Assembly: GCA_963779415.1 (NCBI GenBank)
Contig: CAVZYA010000002.1
Coordinates: forward strand, 1,056,001 to 1,120,000
DNA: 64,000 nt
DNA from: an uncultured Acidobacteriota bacterium
GTDB lineage: Bacteria > Acidobacteriota > Thermoanaerobaculia > UBA5066
Direction of reading: 5' to 3'
This document shows positions 9,107-18,502 of the stretch, piece after piece. The notes under the pieces were generated by a model, which had not been told where the DNA came from, did no database searches, and was given only the letters and a program-made list of their open reading frames with translations. The position numbers and the translations under genes are program-made. Each line of letters opens with the position of its first letter. Position 1 is the stretch's first letter.

Positions 9107-9991
9107 ATGTCGACCACCCTGACGCTCCTGTTCAAGATCACACTGGCGATCTTCATGGCGGGCAGCCTGCTGGAGATGGGCCTCCGGCTCAACCTCCAGG
9201 AGGCCTTCCGGGGGCTTCGCAACGTGCGCTTCGTGGCCTACACGCTGGTCTGGAGCTTCGTCCTCGTCCCCGCCCTCGCCTACGGGATCACACTCGTCAT
9301 CCCGCTGCAGGCCCCCTATGCCATCGGCCTCGTCCTTCTGGGCATGGCGCCCTGCGCGCCCTTTGTCCCCGGCCTCGTGGACAAGGCCAAGGGGGACCTT
9401 GGCTTCACGGCGGCCTTCATGCTCCTCGCCTCGGTCGGCACCGTCGTGTGCATGCCCTTTACGGTGCCTCTTCTCACCACGGGCCTGACCGCCAGCGCCT
9501 GGGCGATCGCCAAGCCCCTCCTGATCGTCGTCCTCCTGCCCATGGCAATCGGCGTCATCATCCGTCGTCAGGCGGATGCCTTCGCCTCCAAACTGCTCCC
9601 CTTCGCGAAGAAGCTCGCAGGGATCTTCGGCCTCCTCTGGTCCGTCCTGTGCCTCGTCATCTACGGGAAGGGCCTGCTCGGCGTGGCGGGCGAGTTCGCC
9701 CTCGCTTCGGAACTTCTCTTCTTCTGCGTGATCTTCCTGGGCACCTACTGGCTGGGCTTCGGCCTGCCCTATGAGCAGAAGATCGTGCTGAGCGTCGGGG
9801 TCACGACCCGGAACCTCGGCGCCTGTCTCACGCCGCTCCTCTCGGTGCCGGACATGGACCAGCGGGCCACGCTCATGATCGTGCTGGCGCTCCCCATCAT
9901 GGTCATCGTCTCGTTGCTGGGGGCGAAGTGGCTGGGCCCGGCGGCCGAACCGGGGTCCAAGACACCTGCGCCCGACCAGGCAAGTGCTTGA
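9107..9991 (+). CDS. Bile acid:Na+ symporter (BASS/ACR3) family transporter
   Basis: About 9 hydrophobic segments, MGLRL, APCAPFVP..AKGD, TRNLG. Confidence 0.8.
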   Translation: MSTTLTLLFKITLAIFMAGSLLEMGLRLNLQEAFRGLRNVRFVAYTLVWSFVLVPALAYGITLVIPLQAPYAIGLVLLGMAPCAPFVPGLVDKAKGDLGFTAAFMLLASVGTVVCMPFTVPLLTTGLTASAWAIAKPLLIVVLLPMAIGVIIRRQADAFASKLLPFAKKLAGIFGLLWSVLCLVIYGKGLLGVAGEFALASELLFFCVIFLGTYWLGFGLPYEQKIVLSVGVTTRNLGACLTPLLSVPDMDQRATLMIVLALPIMVIVSLLGAKWLGPAAEPGSKTPAPDQASA

Positions 9992-10082
9992 TGAGCCCCC
10001 AGCGCTCCTCCGCCGGCACCTCCCGATCCTGGAATGGGGGCCCAATACACCGGCAGGTTCTTGTTGATGGAGGGTTCACCGC

Positions 10083-11900
10083 ATGAGTGAAGGTGCTCCC
10101 GGCGTGCTTGCCATGATCAGCTGGCCCCGCCCGTTCGTGGGACTCCGGGGCATCAGGCTGGCCGACGTCCCCCGCGAGGTCTCGGCGGGCGTCACGCTGG
10201 CCGCCCTCATGATCCCGCTCAACATCGGTTACGCGCAGGTGGCCGGCCTGCCGCCCGTGGCCGGCCTCTACGCGGCCATCATTCCCCTGGCCGTCTTCGC
10301 CCTGCTGGCGAGTTCGCGCCACCTGGTGACGAGCCCCGACGCCTCCATGGCCACCCTGGTCGGTGCCACTCTGGTCGCCTTCGCTGCGCCCGGAGACCCG
10401 TTGCGCCTGCAGTACGCCCTCGCCCTGGCGATGGTCTGCGCGCTGCTGTTCTTCCTCTTCTGGATTTTCCGGTTGGCGTTCCTCGCCAACTTCCTGTCGC
10501 GCGCCGTGATGGCGGGGTTCATCACCGGGCTCGGGGTCGAGGTGTTCACGAACCAGGTGCGAAAGATCCTCGCCGCCCCCCACGTGGCGGGCGCCGCGAC
10601 AGGCGTGCTGGCGGCGGCCGAACGGATCAAGGACGTCATGGCGAGCTCGGTGAACACCGAGGGCTACTTCGTGGAGGTCGTCGCCCTGATCCACTCGATC
10701 CCCCGGGCCAACCTTTACTCGGTGGCGATCGGCGTCGCCGCCTTTCTGACCGTCCGCCTTCTCAAGCGCTTCGCGCCCAGGATCCCGGGGGCGCTGGTGG
10801 CGCTGGGGGTGCTCACGCTCGCCGTGGCTTACTTCAACCTCGCCCAAAAGGGGGTCGGCGTCCTCGGCGCGATTCCCTCGGGTCTTCCGACCCTGACCCT
10901 GCCGGCCATCCCTGCCGCCGACTACCTGAGGCTGTTTCCCGGCGCCATGGCGATTGTGGCGATCCTGCTGTGTGAGGGCCTGCTCGTGGTCCGCAGCTAC
11001 AGCAGCAAGTACGGATACAAGGCGGACGGCGATCAGATGTTGTTCGCCTACGGCGCGGCAAACCTCGCGGCCGGGTTTACCGGCTCGCTACTGACCGGCA
11101 ACAGCCCCTCCCGCTCGGCAGCGATGGACTCCTCGGGAGCGAAGAGCCAGCTGCCGAGCCTGGTGGCGGCCGGGACGATCGCCGTGGTCATGCTGTTCTT
11201 CACCGACATGCTCGCGTACCTGCCGAATGCGGCCCTGGCGGGGATCGTCGCCAATGCGGTGCTCTCCCTGATCGAGGTCCACGAGCTCGGCGAGCTGTGG
11301 CGGATGCGGCGTTCGGAGTTCTGGATCGCCGCCACCTGCCTCCTGAGCGTGCTGGCTCTGGGGCCGCTGCGCGCCGTCCTCATCGCCTTTCTCCTGTCCA
11401 CGATCGACGTCATCCGGCGGGCGTCCCGCCCGGAGACGGCGGCGCTGCTCGAAGCCGCGGACGGCAGCCATTTCGCCGCCACGGACCTGGGCCAGGGCGT
11501 CAGTCCGTCGGGCCTGGTCGTCTATCGGTTCGGCGCCCCGCTCTACTTCGCCAACGCGACCCTGTTTCTCGACGAGGTCGAGCAACTGATCGCCCGGGCG
11601 CCGACCCCGGTCCGCTGGTTCGTGCTGGACGCGCAGGCGATGGTCGACGTCGACACCACCGGCGCGGAGGTCCTTCGGCAGGCAATCACCTTGCTGACCG
11701 GGCGCGGCATCGTCTTCGCCGTCAGCCGCGCCGATCGGTCCTTCCGCTCCTGGCTGGAGCGATACGGGCTCATGAAGCTGATTGACCAGAAGCGCTTCTA
11801 CCCGACCAACCGCCACGCCGCGGCGGCGTTTCGCGAGGACTCGGGGCGCGAGGCGGAGCCGCCCGGAACGGCCTCGCCGCCTCTCCCTCAGGGTACGTGA
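10083..11900 (+). CDS. SulP/SLC26 anion permease with STAS domain
   Basis: AGVTLAALMIPLNIGYAQVAGLPPVAGLY, SPSRSA, YRFGAPLYFANA, DVDTTGAE. Confidence 0.92.
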   Translation: MSEGAPGVLAMISWPRPFVGLRGIRLADVPREVSAGVTLAALMIPLNIGYAQVAGLPPVAGLYAAIIPLAVFALLASSRHLVTSPDASMATLVGATLVAFAAPGDPLRLQYALALAMVCALLFFLFWIFRLAFLANFLSRAVMAGFITGLGVEVFTNQVRKILAAPHVAGAATGVLAAAERIKDVMASSVNTEGYFVEVVALIHSIPRANLYSVAIGVAAFLTVRLLKRFAPRIPGALVALGVLTLAVAYFNLAQKGVGVLGAIPSGLPTLTLPAIPAADYLRLFPGAMAIVAILLCEGLLVVRSYSSKYGYKADGDQMLFAYGAANLAAGFTGSLLTGNSPSRSAAMDSSGAKSQLPSLVAAGTIAVVMLFFTDMLAYLPNAALAGIVANAVLSLIEVHELGELWRMRRSEFWIAATCLLSVLALGPLRAVLIAFLLSTIDVIRRASRPETAALLEAADGSHFAATDLGQGVSPSGLVVYRFGAPLYFANATLFLDEVEQLIARAPTPVRWFVLDAQAMVDVDTTGAEVLRQAITLLTGRGIVFAVSRADRSFRSWLERYGLMKLIDQKRFYPTNRHAAAAFREDSGREAEPPGTASPPLPQGT

Positions 11901-11955
11901 TGTGACAACTCATCCCGAAGCAGGAGCCGACCCCACGTCGGCAGGAGGAATCAAG

Positions 11956-12387
11956 ATGTTGAAAAGACCGTCCACCACATTCTGGCTGATCGCCGCTCTG
12001 CTCCTCGCCGCCTCGCCCGCTGCCCTCGCCGGCGACCTGACGGGGACGAGCCGCTTCCTCTGCTCCGTCGTCAACGTCGGCCGGTGCGACGTCGACGGCT
12101 GCTGGGAGGACACTCCCGACGGCGCGCTCATCCCGCAGTTCGTCATCATCGACCTCGGGGCCAAGCTCCTCTCCACGACTGCGGCGAGCGGCCAGAACCG
12201 CTCCACCCCGATCGAGTCCGTCCGGCGCGATGGGGGCCTCATCGTCCTTCAGGGCCTCGAGAACGGCCGGGCTTTCAGCTTCGTCATCTCCGAGAAGTCG
12301 GGGAGCGCGTCAGTGGCCATCGCCCGGGAAGAGCTGGTCCTCGCCGTCTCGGCGGCCTGCACGCCCCTGCCGGCGTCCCAGAAGTAG
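11956..12387 (+). CDS. Secreted hypothetical protein with four Cys
   Basis: RBS GGAGG, signal peptide MLKRPSTTFWLIAALLLAASPAALA, FLC..RCDVDGC..AACTP. Confidence 0.65.
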   Translation: MLKRPSTTFWLIAALLLAASPAALAGDLTGTSRFLCSVVNVGRCDVDGCWEDTPDGALIPQFVIIDLGAKLLSTTAASGQNRSTPIESVRRDGGLIVLQGLENGRAFSFVISEKSGSASVAIAREELVLAVSAACTPLPASQK

Positions 12388-12405
12388 ATCAGGAGGAAAC
12401 ACACC

Positions 12406-12957
12406 ATGAAGAGAACCTTCGTCGCCATCCTGTGCCTGATCCTCGCCGGAGGCAGCCTCGTCCTCCTCGCGCAATCCTCCGGCCAGAAGTCCCTCGCCGC
12501 CACCCTCGGAGTCGCCGCCTTCCCGTCTGCCGGACAGAACGCCCAGCAGCAGTCGCAGGACGAGGCGGCCTGTTACAAGTGGGCGGTCCAGAACACGGGC
12601 ATCGACCCGTTCGAGGCCCAGAAACAGGGCGCGCAGGCGCAGCAGCAGGCCGCCCAGAACGCGCAGGCGGCCCAGTCGGCCGGACAGGGCGCCGCGGTGC
12701 AGGGGGCGGCCCGGGGCGCTGCGGCCGGCGCCCTCATCGGAGCAGCCGCCGGCGACGCCGGAACCGGCGCCGCGGTGGGCGCGGCGACGGGAGCAGTCGC
12801 GGGGCGGAGGAAGAAGAAACAGGCGGAGGCGTCGGCGACGCAGCAGGCGCAGGCCCAGGGCCAGCAGGCGCAGCAGGCCACGGCCCAGCAGATGCAGAGC
12901 TTCAAGAAGGCCTTCTGCGCCTGCCTCGAAGGGAAGAAGTACATCGCCAAGTACTGA
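12406..12957 (+). CDS. Secreted glycine-zipper (YMGG-like) protein
   Basis: Signal peptide, GQNAQQQSQDEAACYKWA, GAARGAAAGALIGAAAGDAGTGAAVGA, CLEGKKY. Confidence 0.8.
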   Translation: MKRTFVAILCLILAGGSLVLLAQSSGQKSLAATLGVAAFPSAGQNAQQQSQDEAACYKWAVQNTGIDPFEAQKQGAQAQQQAAQNAQAAQSAGQGAAVQGAARGAAAGALIGAAAGDAGTGAAVGAATGAVAGRRKKKQAEASATQQAQAQGQQAQQATAQQMQSFKKAFCACLEGKKYIAKY

Positions 12958-13368
12958 GCCGGCGGGAGCCGATGCTCGAAACGACCCTCGCCCGGGCGGC
13001 CCTGGTCTTCGCCGCGCTCGTCGGAGCCTCGCTCCTTCGCGCCGACGAGTCGGAGCAGCCCCGAATCTCACCGACCCGGCGAAGATTGAATCAAACGCGA
13101 GGTCATGCCCCGCTACGTGGGGGAAACGGCACGATCCTGATGGCCGAAGACGCGCCTTCACCTGTGGATCGTCTCGAGAGCCCTCTCGAGTTCGAGGTGC
13201 TGCTGGCGGGCCGCATGGTGGCCGTTTCTTCGCTCGGGGATCTGCCGGTGAAGACCGCCCCAGATCGGGAAAACGCCCGGCTTTCCCGGGTGAGATGGCC
13301 CCCGGCAAAGCCCTTTGCGCCCCGACAGGACCACGACCAGAAAATAGCCCCCGGCAGTTCAGAACGGA

Positions 13369-13389
13369 CATTGGACCTTGGTCTAACAC
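13369..13389 (-). promoter_or_regulatory. Palindromic operator copy 1 (GTGTTAGACCAAGGTCCAATG on minus strand)
   Basis: 19/20 identical to the copy at 16539-16558; lies just downstream of the FixJ-like gene. Confidence 0.6.
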
Positions 13390-13410
13390 CTGTCCGCCGT
13401 CCGGGCCCAC

Positions 13411-14031
13411 TCAGGAGGAGCGGGGTCTGACCCGCTGAGCGAGCCGGACGAGGTCGGCGAGGGAGGCCGCCTTCATCTTCTCCATCACGCGGGCCCGGTG
13501 GACCTTGATCGTCTTCTCCACGGTCCCGAGCCGGCCCGCGATCTGCTTGTTCAGCTCGCCCGAGACAACATGCTCGAGAACCTCCCGCTCCCGCGGCGTC
13601 AACGTCTCGAGCCGCTCTCGGATCGACGCGACCTCGGCTCTCTCTTCCCGCGCTACGACGTCTCTTTCCATCGCCCGGCGGATGGCCGCGAGGAGATCCT
13701 CGTCCTCGACCGGCTTCGTCAGGAAATCCGCCGCGCCACGTTTCATGGCCTGGACGGTCGCCGGGACGTCGGCCCGGCCCGTGAGGAAGATGACGGGCAG
13801 AAGGCAGCCACGCTTCTCGAGCTCCTGCTGAATCTCCAGCCCGCTCATCTGTGGCATCGACATGTCCAGGACGAGGCAGCCGGGCGCCCCCGGATCGAGC
13901 TGGTCGAGGAACTCGCGCGGGGACGAAAACGTCGCGACGGGGAAGCCCTCCGAGCGGAGGAGCCGCGCGACGGCTTTCAATACGTGCAGTTCGTCGTCGA
14001 CGACGGTAACCGTCGGGAGGCTGCCCTTCAT
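13411..14031 (-). CDS. FixJ/NodW/StyR-family response regulator (REC + LuxR HTH)
   Basis: VVDDE, CLVLDMSMP, IFLTG, DFLTKP, LTPREREVL..NKQIA..TIKVHRARVMEKM. Confidence 0.95.
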   Translation of the reverse strand: MKGSLPTVTVVDDELHVLKAVARLLRSEGFPVATFSSPREFLDQLDPGAPGCLVLDMSMPQMSGLEIQQELEKRGCLLPVIFLTGRADVPATVQAMKRGAADFLTKPVEDEDLLAAIRRAMERDVVAREERAEVASIRERLETLTPREREVLEHVVSGELNKQIAGRLGTVEKTIKVHRARVMEKMKAASLADLVRLAQRVRPRSS

Positions 14032-15896
14032 GTCCGACCGGAAGATGCGGGGAGGACGAGGTGGAAGGTCGCCCCGGGTACTCCCTCCTCGTTGTTCGAG
14101 GCCCGGATCTCGCCGTCGTGAGCGCTGACGATCGTCCGGCAGACGGCCAGGCCGAGGCCGAGCCCCTGCGGCTTCGTCGTGACGAACGGCTCGAAGATCG
14201 CGGCGAGCCGGTCGCCGGGGATGCCGCAGCCGCGGTCCGAGATCGAGACCCGAACCCTCCCGTCGCCATTCCGCTCCGTCCTCACAAGCAGCCGGCGCTC
14301 GGCGGGCGTCACCGCCGACATCGCGTCGCTGCCGTTCATCAGGAGGTTGAGGATCACCTGCTGGAGCTGGATGCGGTCGCCGTTCACGGCCGGGAGATCG
14401 GGCGCGAACTCCGCGCTCACGGCCACGCCGTGGTTCGCTAGGTCGCTTCGCATGATCTTCAGGACCTCCCGCACCAGCTCGGAGATGTCGAGGGGATTGC
14501 GATGCACCTCCACGTTTTTCAGCATCAGCCGCAGACGCTGGATCACCTCACCGGCGCGCCGGTCCTGATCCACGATGTCCTTCAGGATCTCGCGCGCCTC
14601 GTCCACGTCAGGCTCGCTCCGGGCCAGGAGGCGCTGGACGGCCTGCGCGTTGCTGAGGATCGCCGTCAGGGGCTGGTTCAGCTCGTGGGCGAGCGATCCC
14701 GACAGCTCGCCGATCGTCGAGACGCGGGAGAGGTGCGCGAGCTGGCTGTGCTGCTGGAGAAGGACCTGCTCCGCATCCTTGAGCGGCGTGATGTCGAGAG
14801 AGACGCCGTAGGCCCGCGCGGGCGATCCCCCGGGCGCCCGCTCCACGGCCCCTCGCGCCGCGATCCAACGGGTCCGGCCATCGGGACGCACGATCCGGTA
14901 ATCCGTCTTGAACTCGCCGGAACCGGCGAGGGTCTCCTCGATCAACAGACGCACCCGATCCTGGTCATCGCCGTGAATGGTGCCGAGGAATTCCGCGAGG
15001 TCGACCGGCGCGCCATCCTCGATGCCGTAGAGGACCCGGCCGCCGGGGGTGATCCAGATCGCGTCGCTCGGGATGTCCCACGTCCAGAGCGCCAGATCCG
15101 CCGCCTTCGCGGCGAGGCTCATCCTCCGCTCGCGCTCCCGCACCTCCGCCTCGCTCGCTTGGAGCTCCCGGGCCAGGTTTTTCGCCCGGACGATCTCCGC
15201 GCCGAGCTCCTGACCCATCGAGAGCAGGACCCCGAGGTAGGCGAAGGTGAGGAAGTAGGGCGAGCGGAGCCTTCCCTCGTGGATGAAGGCCACGTGCGTC
15301 GTCGCCACGAACATGAAGAAGAACATGCCGCCACACACCGTCAGGGCGCGGCGTCGGTCCCCACGCCGCCAGACCTCCACCCCTGCGTCGACGACGAAGG
15401 CCAGGAAGAGAAAGGCGCTGAACTGGGAGACCCGGACCCAGGGGTTCACGATACCTTCAGGGACCCAGACGGTTTCCCCGAGGAAGGGGGCGGGAATCGC
15501 CCGCTCGATCGCCGTGAAACTGAGGTTGGTCGGTGACAGGAAGTTCAGGACGAGCGAGGAGACGGCCCTCGTCCCGATCGCCGCCCACGCGAGCCAGGGC
15601 CGTCCGGCGCCGAGGTAGAGGCGGACGAACCCGACGAGAGCGCAGATGGTGATCGCCAGGGGAACGTGCGCCCACCGGATGAGAACGGTCATTCGCTCGG
15701 GGGTGCTCTCCCGCATGACCCAGAGCTCGAGGACGCCGAGCACCGCGTTGGAGATGGAAGCCGTCGCGAAGAGCAGATGAGACCAGGACGTCCGGTCGCT
15801 CGCCCACACGAGCAGGTTCAGAAGGGCGAGCGTCAAGCAGGCCGAGATGGCCGCGGACCACGCAGCCGTGACCCAACTGAAGGGCATCGCGGGCAT
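14028..15896 (-). CDS. Membrane PAS sensor histidine kinase (FixL/TodS-like)
   Basis: About 7 TM helices at the N-terminus, PAS/PAC (DYRIVRPDGRTRWIAARG), H-box SLAHELNQPL, QQVILNLLMN, DRGCG, GLGLGL. Confidence 0.93.
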   Translation of the reverse strand: MPAMPFSWVTAAWSAAISACLTLALLNLLVWASDRTSWSHLLFATASISNAVLGVLELWVMRESTPERMTVLIRWAHVPLAITICALVGFVRLYLGAGRPWLAWAAIGTRAVSSLVLNFLSPTNLSFTAIERAIPAPFLGETVWVPEGIVNPWVRVSQFSAFLFLAFVVDAGVEVWRRGDRRRALTVCGGMFFFMFVATTHVAFIHEGRLRSPYFLTFAYLGVLLSMGQELGAEIVRAKNLARELQASEAEVRERERRMSLAAKAADLALWTWDIPSDAIWITPGGRVLYGIEDGAPVDLAEFLGTIHGDDQDRVRLLIEETLAGSGEFKTDYRIVRPDGRTRWIAARGAVERAPGGSPARAYGVSLDITPLKDAEQVLLQQHSQLAHLSRVSTIGELSGSLAHELNQPLTAILSNAQAVQRLLARSEPDVDEAREILKDIVDQDRRAGEVIQRLRLMLKNVEVHRNPLDISELVREVLKIMRSDLANHGVAVSAEFAPDLPAVNGDRIQLQQVILNLLMNGSDAMSAVTPAERRLLVRTERNGDGRVRVSISDRGCGIPGDRLAAIFEPFVTTKPQGLGLGLAVCRTIVSAHDGEIRASNNEEGVPGATFHLVLPASSGRT

Positions 15897-15974
15897 GATT
15901 CTAGGCCTCCCTCTCGTCCCCCCGAGCACGCCCTGGGGGGACTCCCGCCCGAAGCACCTGCGGCAGGCCGAGCA

Positions 15975-15994
15975 CATTGGACCAAGGTCCAATG
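15975..15994. promoter_or_regulatory. Palindromic operator copy 2 (perfect CATTGGACC-AA-GGTCCAATG)
   Basis: 9-bp perfect arms in the divergent intergenic region between the kinase and the stand-alone receiver gene. Confidence 0.65.
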
Positions 15995-16027
15995 CTACCG
16001 GCACGCCGGACGGCCCATCCTTTCGGG

Positions 16028-16456
16028 GTGCGCCGGAGTCGGCCTCTCATCGCTGTGGTGGACGACGAGGAACCCGTCAGGAAGGCCTTTCGGCGGCTGA
16101 TCGTCGCCGCCGGAAACGACTGTGAGACCTTCGACTCGGGCGCCGACTTCCTCGCCTCCTTGGAGGATCATGAGCCGGACTGTCTCCTCCTCGACCTTCA
16201 CATGCCGGGTCTGACCGGTCTCGACGTGCAGGCGTGCCTCGCTCGTGTAGAGCCCAGGATTCCCGTCGTCATCATCACCGGCCAGGACGAGCCCGAGACG
16301 CGAGGCCGCGCCCTGGCGGCCGGCGCAGCCGCATACCTGCTGAAGCCCGTCGACGAGGAGACGCTGTTCGCGGCCATCGCCTCTGCGCTCTCCAGCATCC
16401 CCGGCTCACGAAACTCCCGCGAGGCCCCCCCCGGATGCCCGACGACGTCCCGATGA
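16028..16456 (+). CDS. Stand-alone receiver-domain protein
   Basis: AVVDDEE, CLLLDLHMP, VIITG, YLLKP; no output domain; start uncertain. Confidence 0.88.
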   Translation: MRRSRPLIAVVDDEEPVRKAFRRLIVAAGNDCETFDSGADFLASLEDHEPDCLLLDLHMPGLTGLDVQACLARVEPRIPVVIITGQDEPETRGRALAAGAAAYLLKPVDEETLFAAIASALSSIPGSRNSREAPPGCPTTSR

Positions 16457-16538
16457 TCGTCACCGACTCCGCCGGCACGTCGCCGATCCGGTACACGCCG
16501 TGGGAATCGCGACCGGCAGGAAGCCCCGCGCGCCCGCC

Positions 16539-16558
16539 GTGTTGGACCAAGGTCCAAT
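16539..16558 (+). promoter_or_regulatory. Palindromic operator copy 3 (TTGGACC-AA-GGTCCAA)
   Basis: About 55 nt upstream of the 16612 start, which opens a long plus-strand gene run. Confidence 0.65.
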
Positions 16559-16611
16559 TGCAGCCCCGCTTCCCGCGGACGTACAAATGACGCCCGGAAG
16601 GAGATACGACG

Positions 16612-17187
16612 ATGAGGAGTCTGAGAGTCTCGGTGGTGGCGGCCAGCGTCGCGGTCGCCTGGTGCATCGCGCCCGTGGCCCAGTCGCAGGCCCCGCCGAA
16701 AGGCGAGACGGTGGTCGCGTCCCTCACGGTCACCGCGACCGTGACGAAGATCGACCAGAAGACACGCGAGGTCACGCTCAAGGCGGCCGACGGAAAGACA
16801 TACAGCTTCGTCGCCGGCGAGGCGGTGCAGAACCTCGCCCAGGTGAAAAAGGGAGACGAGGTCACGGCGACGTACGTGGAGGCCGTGGCCTACGAGGTCC
16901 GGAAGGGCGGAAAGGCCGGCGTCGGAGCGGTCGCGGGAGCCGCAGCCGCTCCGATCGGTGAAAAGCCGGCGGGAGTCGTCGGGGGGCAGGTCACCGTGAC
17001 GGTCAAGATCACTGCGATCGACCACAAGGTCCCTTCGGTCACCTTCAAGTTGCCTTCGGGCGACACGCGGACCATCAAAGTGAAGTACCCCGAGAAGCTC
17101 CAGGGCGTGAGCGTGGGCGACACGGTCGAAATCACCTACACCGAAGCGCTCGCACTGACGGTCGAAGCAAAGCCGAAGAAGAAGTAG
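16612..17187 (+). CDS. Secreted hypothetical protein with two OB-fold-like repeats
   Basis: Signal peptide; repeats VTKIDQKTREVTLK..VKKGDEVTATYVEA and ITAIDHKVPSVTFK..VSVGDTVEITYTEA. Confidence 0.75.
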   Translation: MRSLRVSVVAASVAVAWCIAPVAQSQAPPKGETVVASLTVTATVTKIDQKTREVTLKAADGKTYSFVAGEAVQNLAQVKKGDEVTATYVEAVAYEVRKGGKAGVGAVAGAAAAPIGEKPAGVVGGQVTVTVKITAIDHKVPSVTFKLPSGDTRTIKVKYPEKLQGVSVGDTVEITYTEALALTVEAKPKKK

Positions 17188-17234
17188 GTCGGGAGCCGGA
17201 CAACGGAGACGATCGATCCTGAAGGAGGAGTGAA

Positions 17235-17807
17235 ATGGAAAGTGTCAGAGGGGCGGTCATCGACTGGGCTCAGGAAGTCAAGAAGAACGCCGGGTGGCTC
17301 GTGGGACTGGGCGTCCTGACGGTGGTTGCGGGATTCCTGTCCATCATGTCTCCCATGCTCGGCGGCCTCGGCGTCGTCTTCCTCGTCGGAATCGCGATGG
17401 CGATCGGCGGCGTCGCGCGAACCGTCGGCGTCTTTCGCGCGGGGTCGTTCGGGCAGGGCGCTCTGGCGCTGATCGGCGGCATCCTCACGTTCGGGGCGGG
17501 CCTGATCCTCGTGGCCCGGCCCGGAGTCGGGCTGGCGGGCCTGACCCTGCTGCTCGGGGGCTATCTGCTGGTGGACGGGATCTCCGGCGCCATTCTCGCG
17601 TTCCACGTGCGGCCGGAGAACGGATGGGGCTGGATGCTCTTCAGCGCCGCCATGGGCGTGCTCCTGGGATTCCTGCTGCTCCGGGAGTGGCCGCTCTCCG
17701 GGCTCTGGGCGATCGGGACTCTGGTGGGGGTGAACCTCCTGTTCACCGGCTTCTCCTTCATCTCCATAGGCTCGGCCGCGCGTAGCGTGGCCAAGCGGGT
17801 CGCGTAG
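17235..17807 (+). CDS. HdeD/DUF308 family membrane protein
   Basis: About 6 TM helices, GWGWMLFS, WPLSGLWAIGTLVGVNLLFTG. Confidence 0.85.
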   Translation: MESVRGAVIDWAQEVKKNAGWLVGLGVLTVVAGFLSIMSPMLGGLGVVFLVGIAMAIGGVARTVGVFRAGSFGQGALALIGGILTFGAGLILVARPGVGLAGLTLLLGGYLLVDGISGAILAFHVRPENGWGWMLFSAAMGVLLGFLLLREWPLSGLWAIGTLVGVNLLFTGFSFISIGSAARSVAKRVA

Positions 17808-17820
17808 ATTGAGCGAGGCG

Positions 17821-17872
17821 GCGGCCCGCCCTGTTTCGGATTCTGGACGAGGCGTCCGGACGGGCGGGCCGT
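17821..17872. other. Long intergenic stem-loop
   Basis: CGGCCCGCCC..GGGCGGGCCG outer stem enclosing TCTGGACG-AGG-CGTCCGGA. Confidence 0.4.
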
Positions 17873-17977
17873 AACACGGGAGCCGAGAAGGTTTCGTCTC
17901 TTGAATTCTCCTCGCCGATCGCTACCCCGGTCTGAAGCGCGCGATCGCCAGGATCGCGGATCAAGGGCCGTGCTGAC

Positions 17978-18499
17978 ATGAAGACCGAAGAATTGAAAGA
18001 ACGAGTCCATCACGGTCTGATCGAGTACGGGATCAATGTCGTCTATTTGACGTTTGTGTTCACCGCCTTTACGGAATACAGAAGGCTCATTCTGGCCGCC
18101 TACGACATCACGTATACGAATTACTGGGTGGCGCTGATCAAGAGCCTGGTCCTCGGAAAGGTCATCATGACCCTGGGCGCGTTCCACCTCGGTCGCCGTA
18201 TTGAAGCGAAGCCCTTGATCTATCCGACCCTTTACAAGGCGGTGGTCTTCAGTCTCCTAGTCGGTGTTTACACGGTCATCGAGCATGTGATCAAGGGTCT
18301 CTTTGCCGGAGAGGGGCTTGCGGGAGGTCTCGTTGATCTCTCGGGGAAGGGGTCTCAGGTATTGCTCGCCGACGGTCTGGTCCTTTTCGTGGCCTTGATT
18401 CCCTTCTTCGCGGTCAAGGAACTGGGACGGGTGTTGGGCCGGGAAAGGGTCGGCACGCTCTTCTTCAGGAGAAGCGTCGATGCCGACCGGAAGGGATAA
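17978..18499 (+). CDS. Hypothetical membrane protein (lower GC than its neighbours)
   Basis: 173 aa, about 4 hydrophobic segments, many A/T-ending codons. Confidence 0.7.
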   Translation: MKTEELKERVHHGLIEYGINVVYLTFVFTAFTEYRRLILAAYDITYTNYWVALIKSLVLGKVIMTLGAFHLGRRIEAKPLIYPTLYKAVVFSLLVGVYTVIEHVIKGLFAGEGLAGGLVDLSGKGSQVLLADGLVLFVALIPFFAVKELGRVLGRERVGTLFFRRSVDADRKG

Positions 18500-18502
18500 G
18501 GT

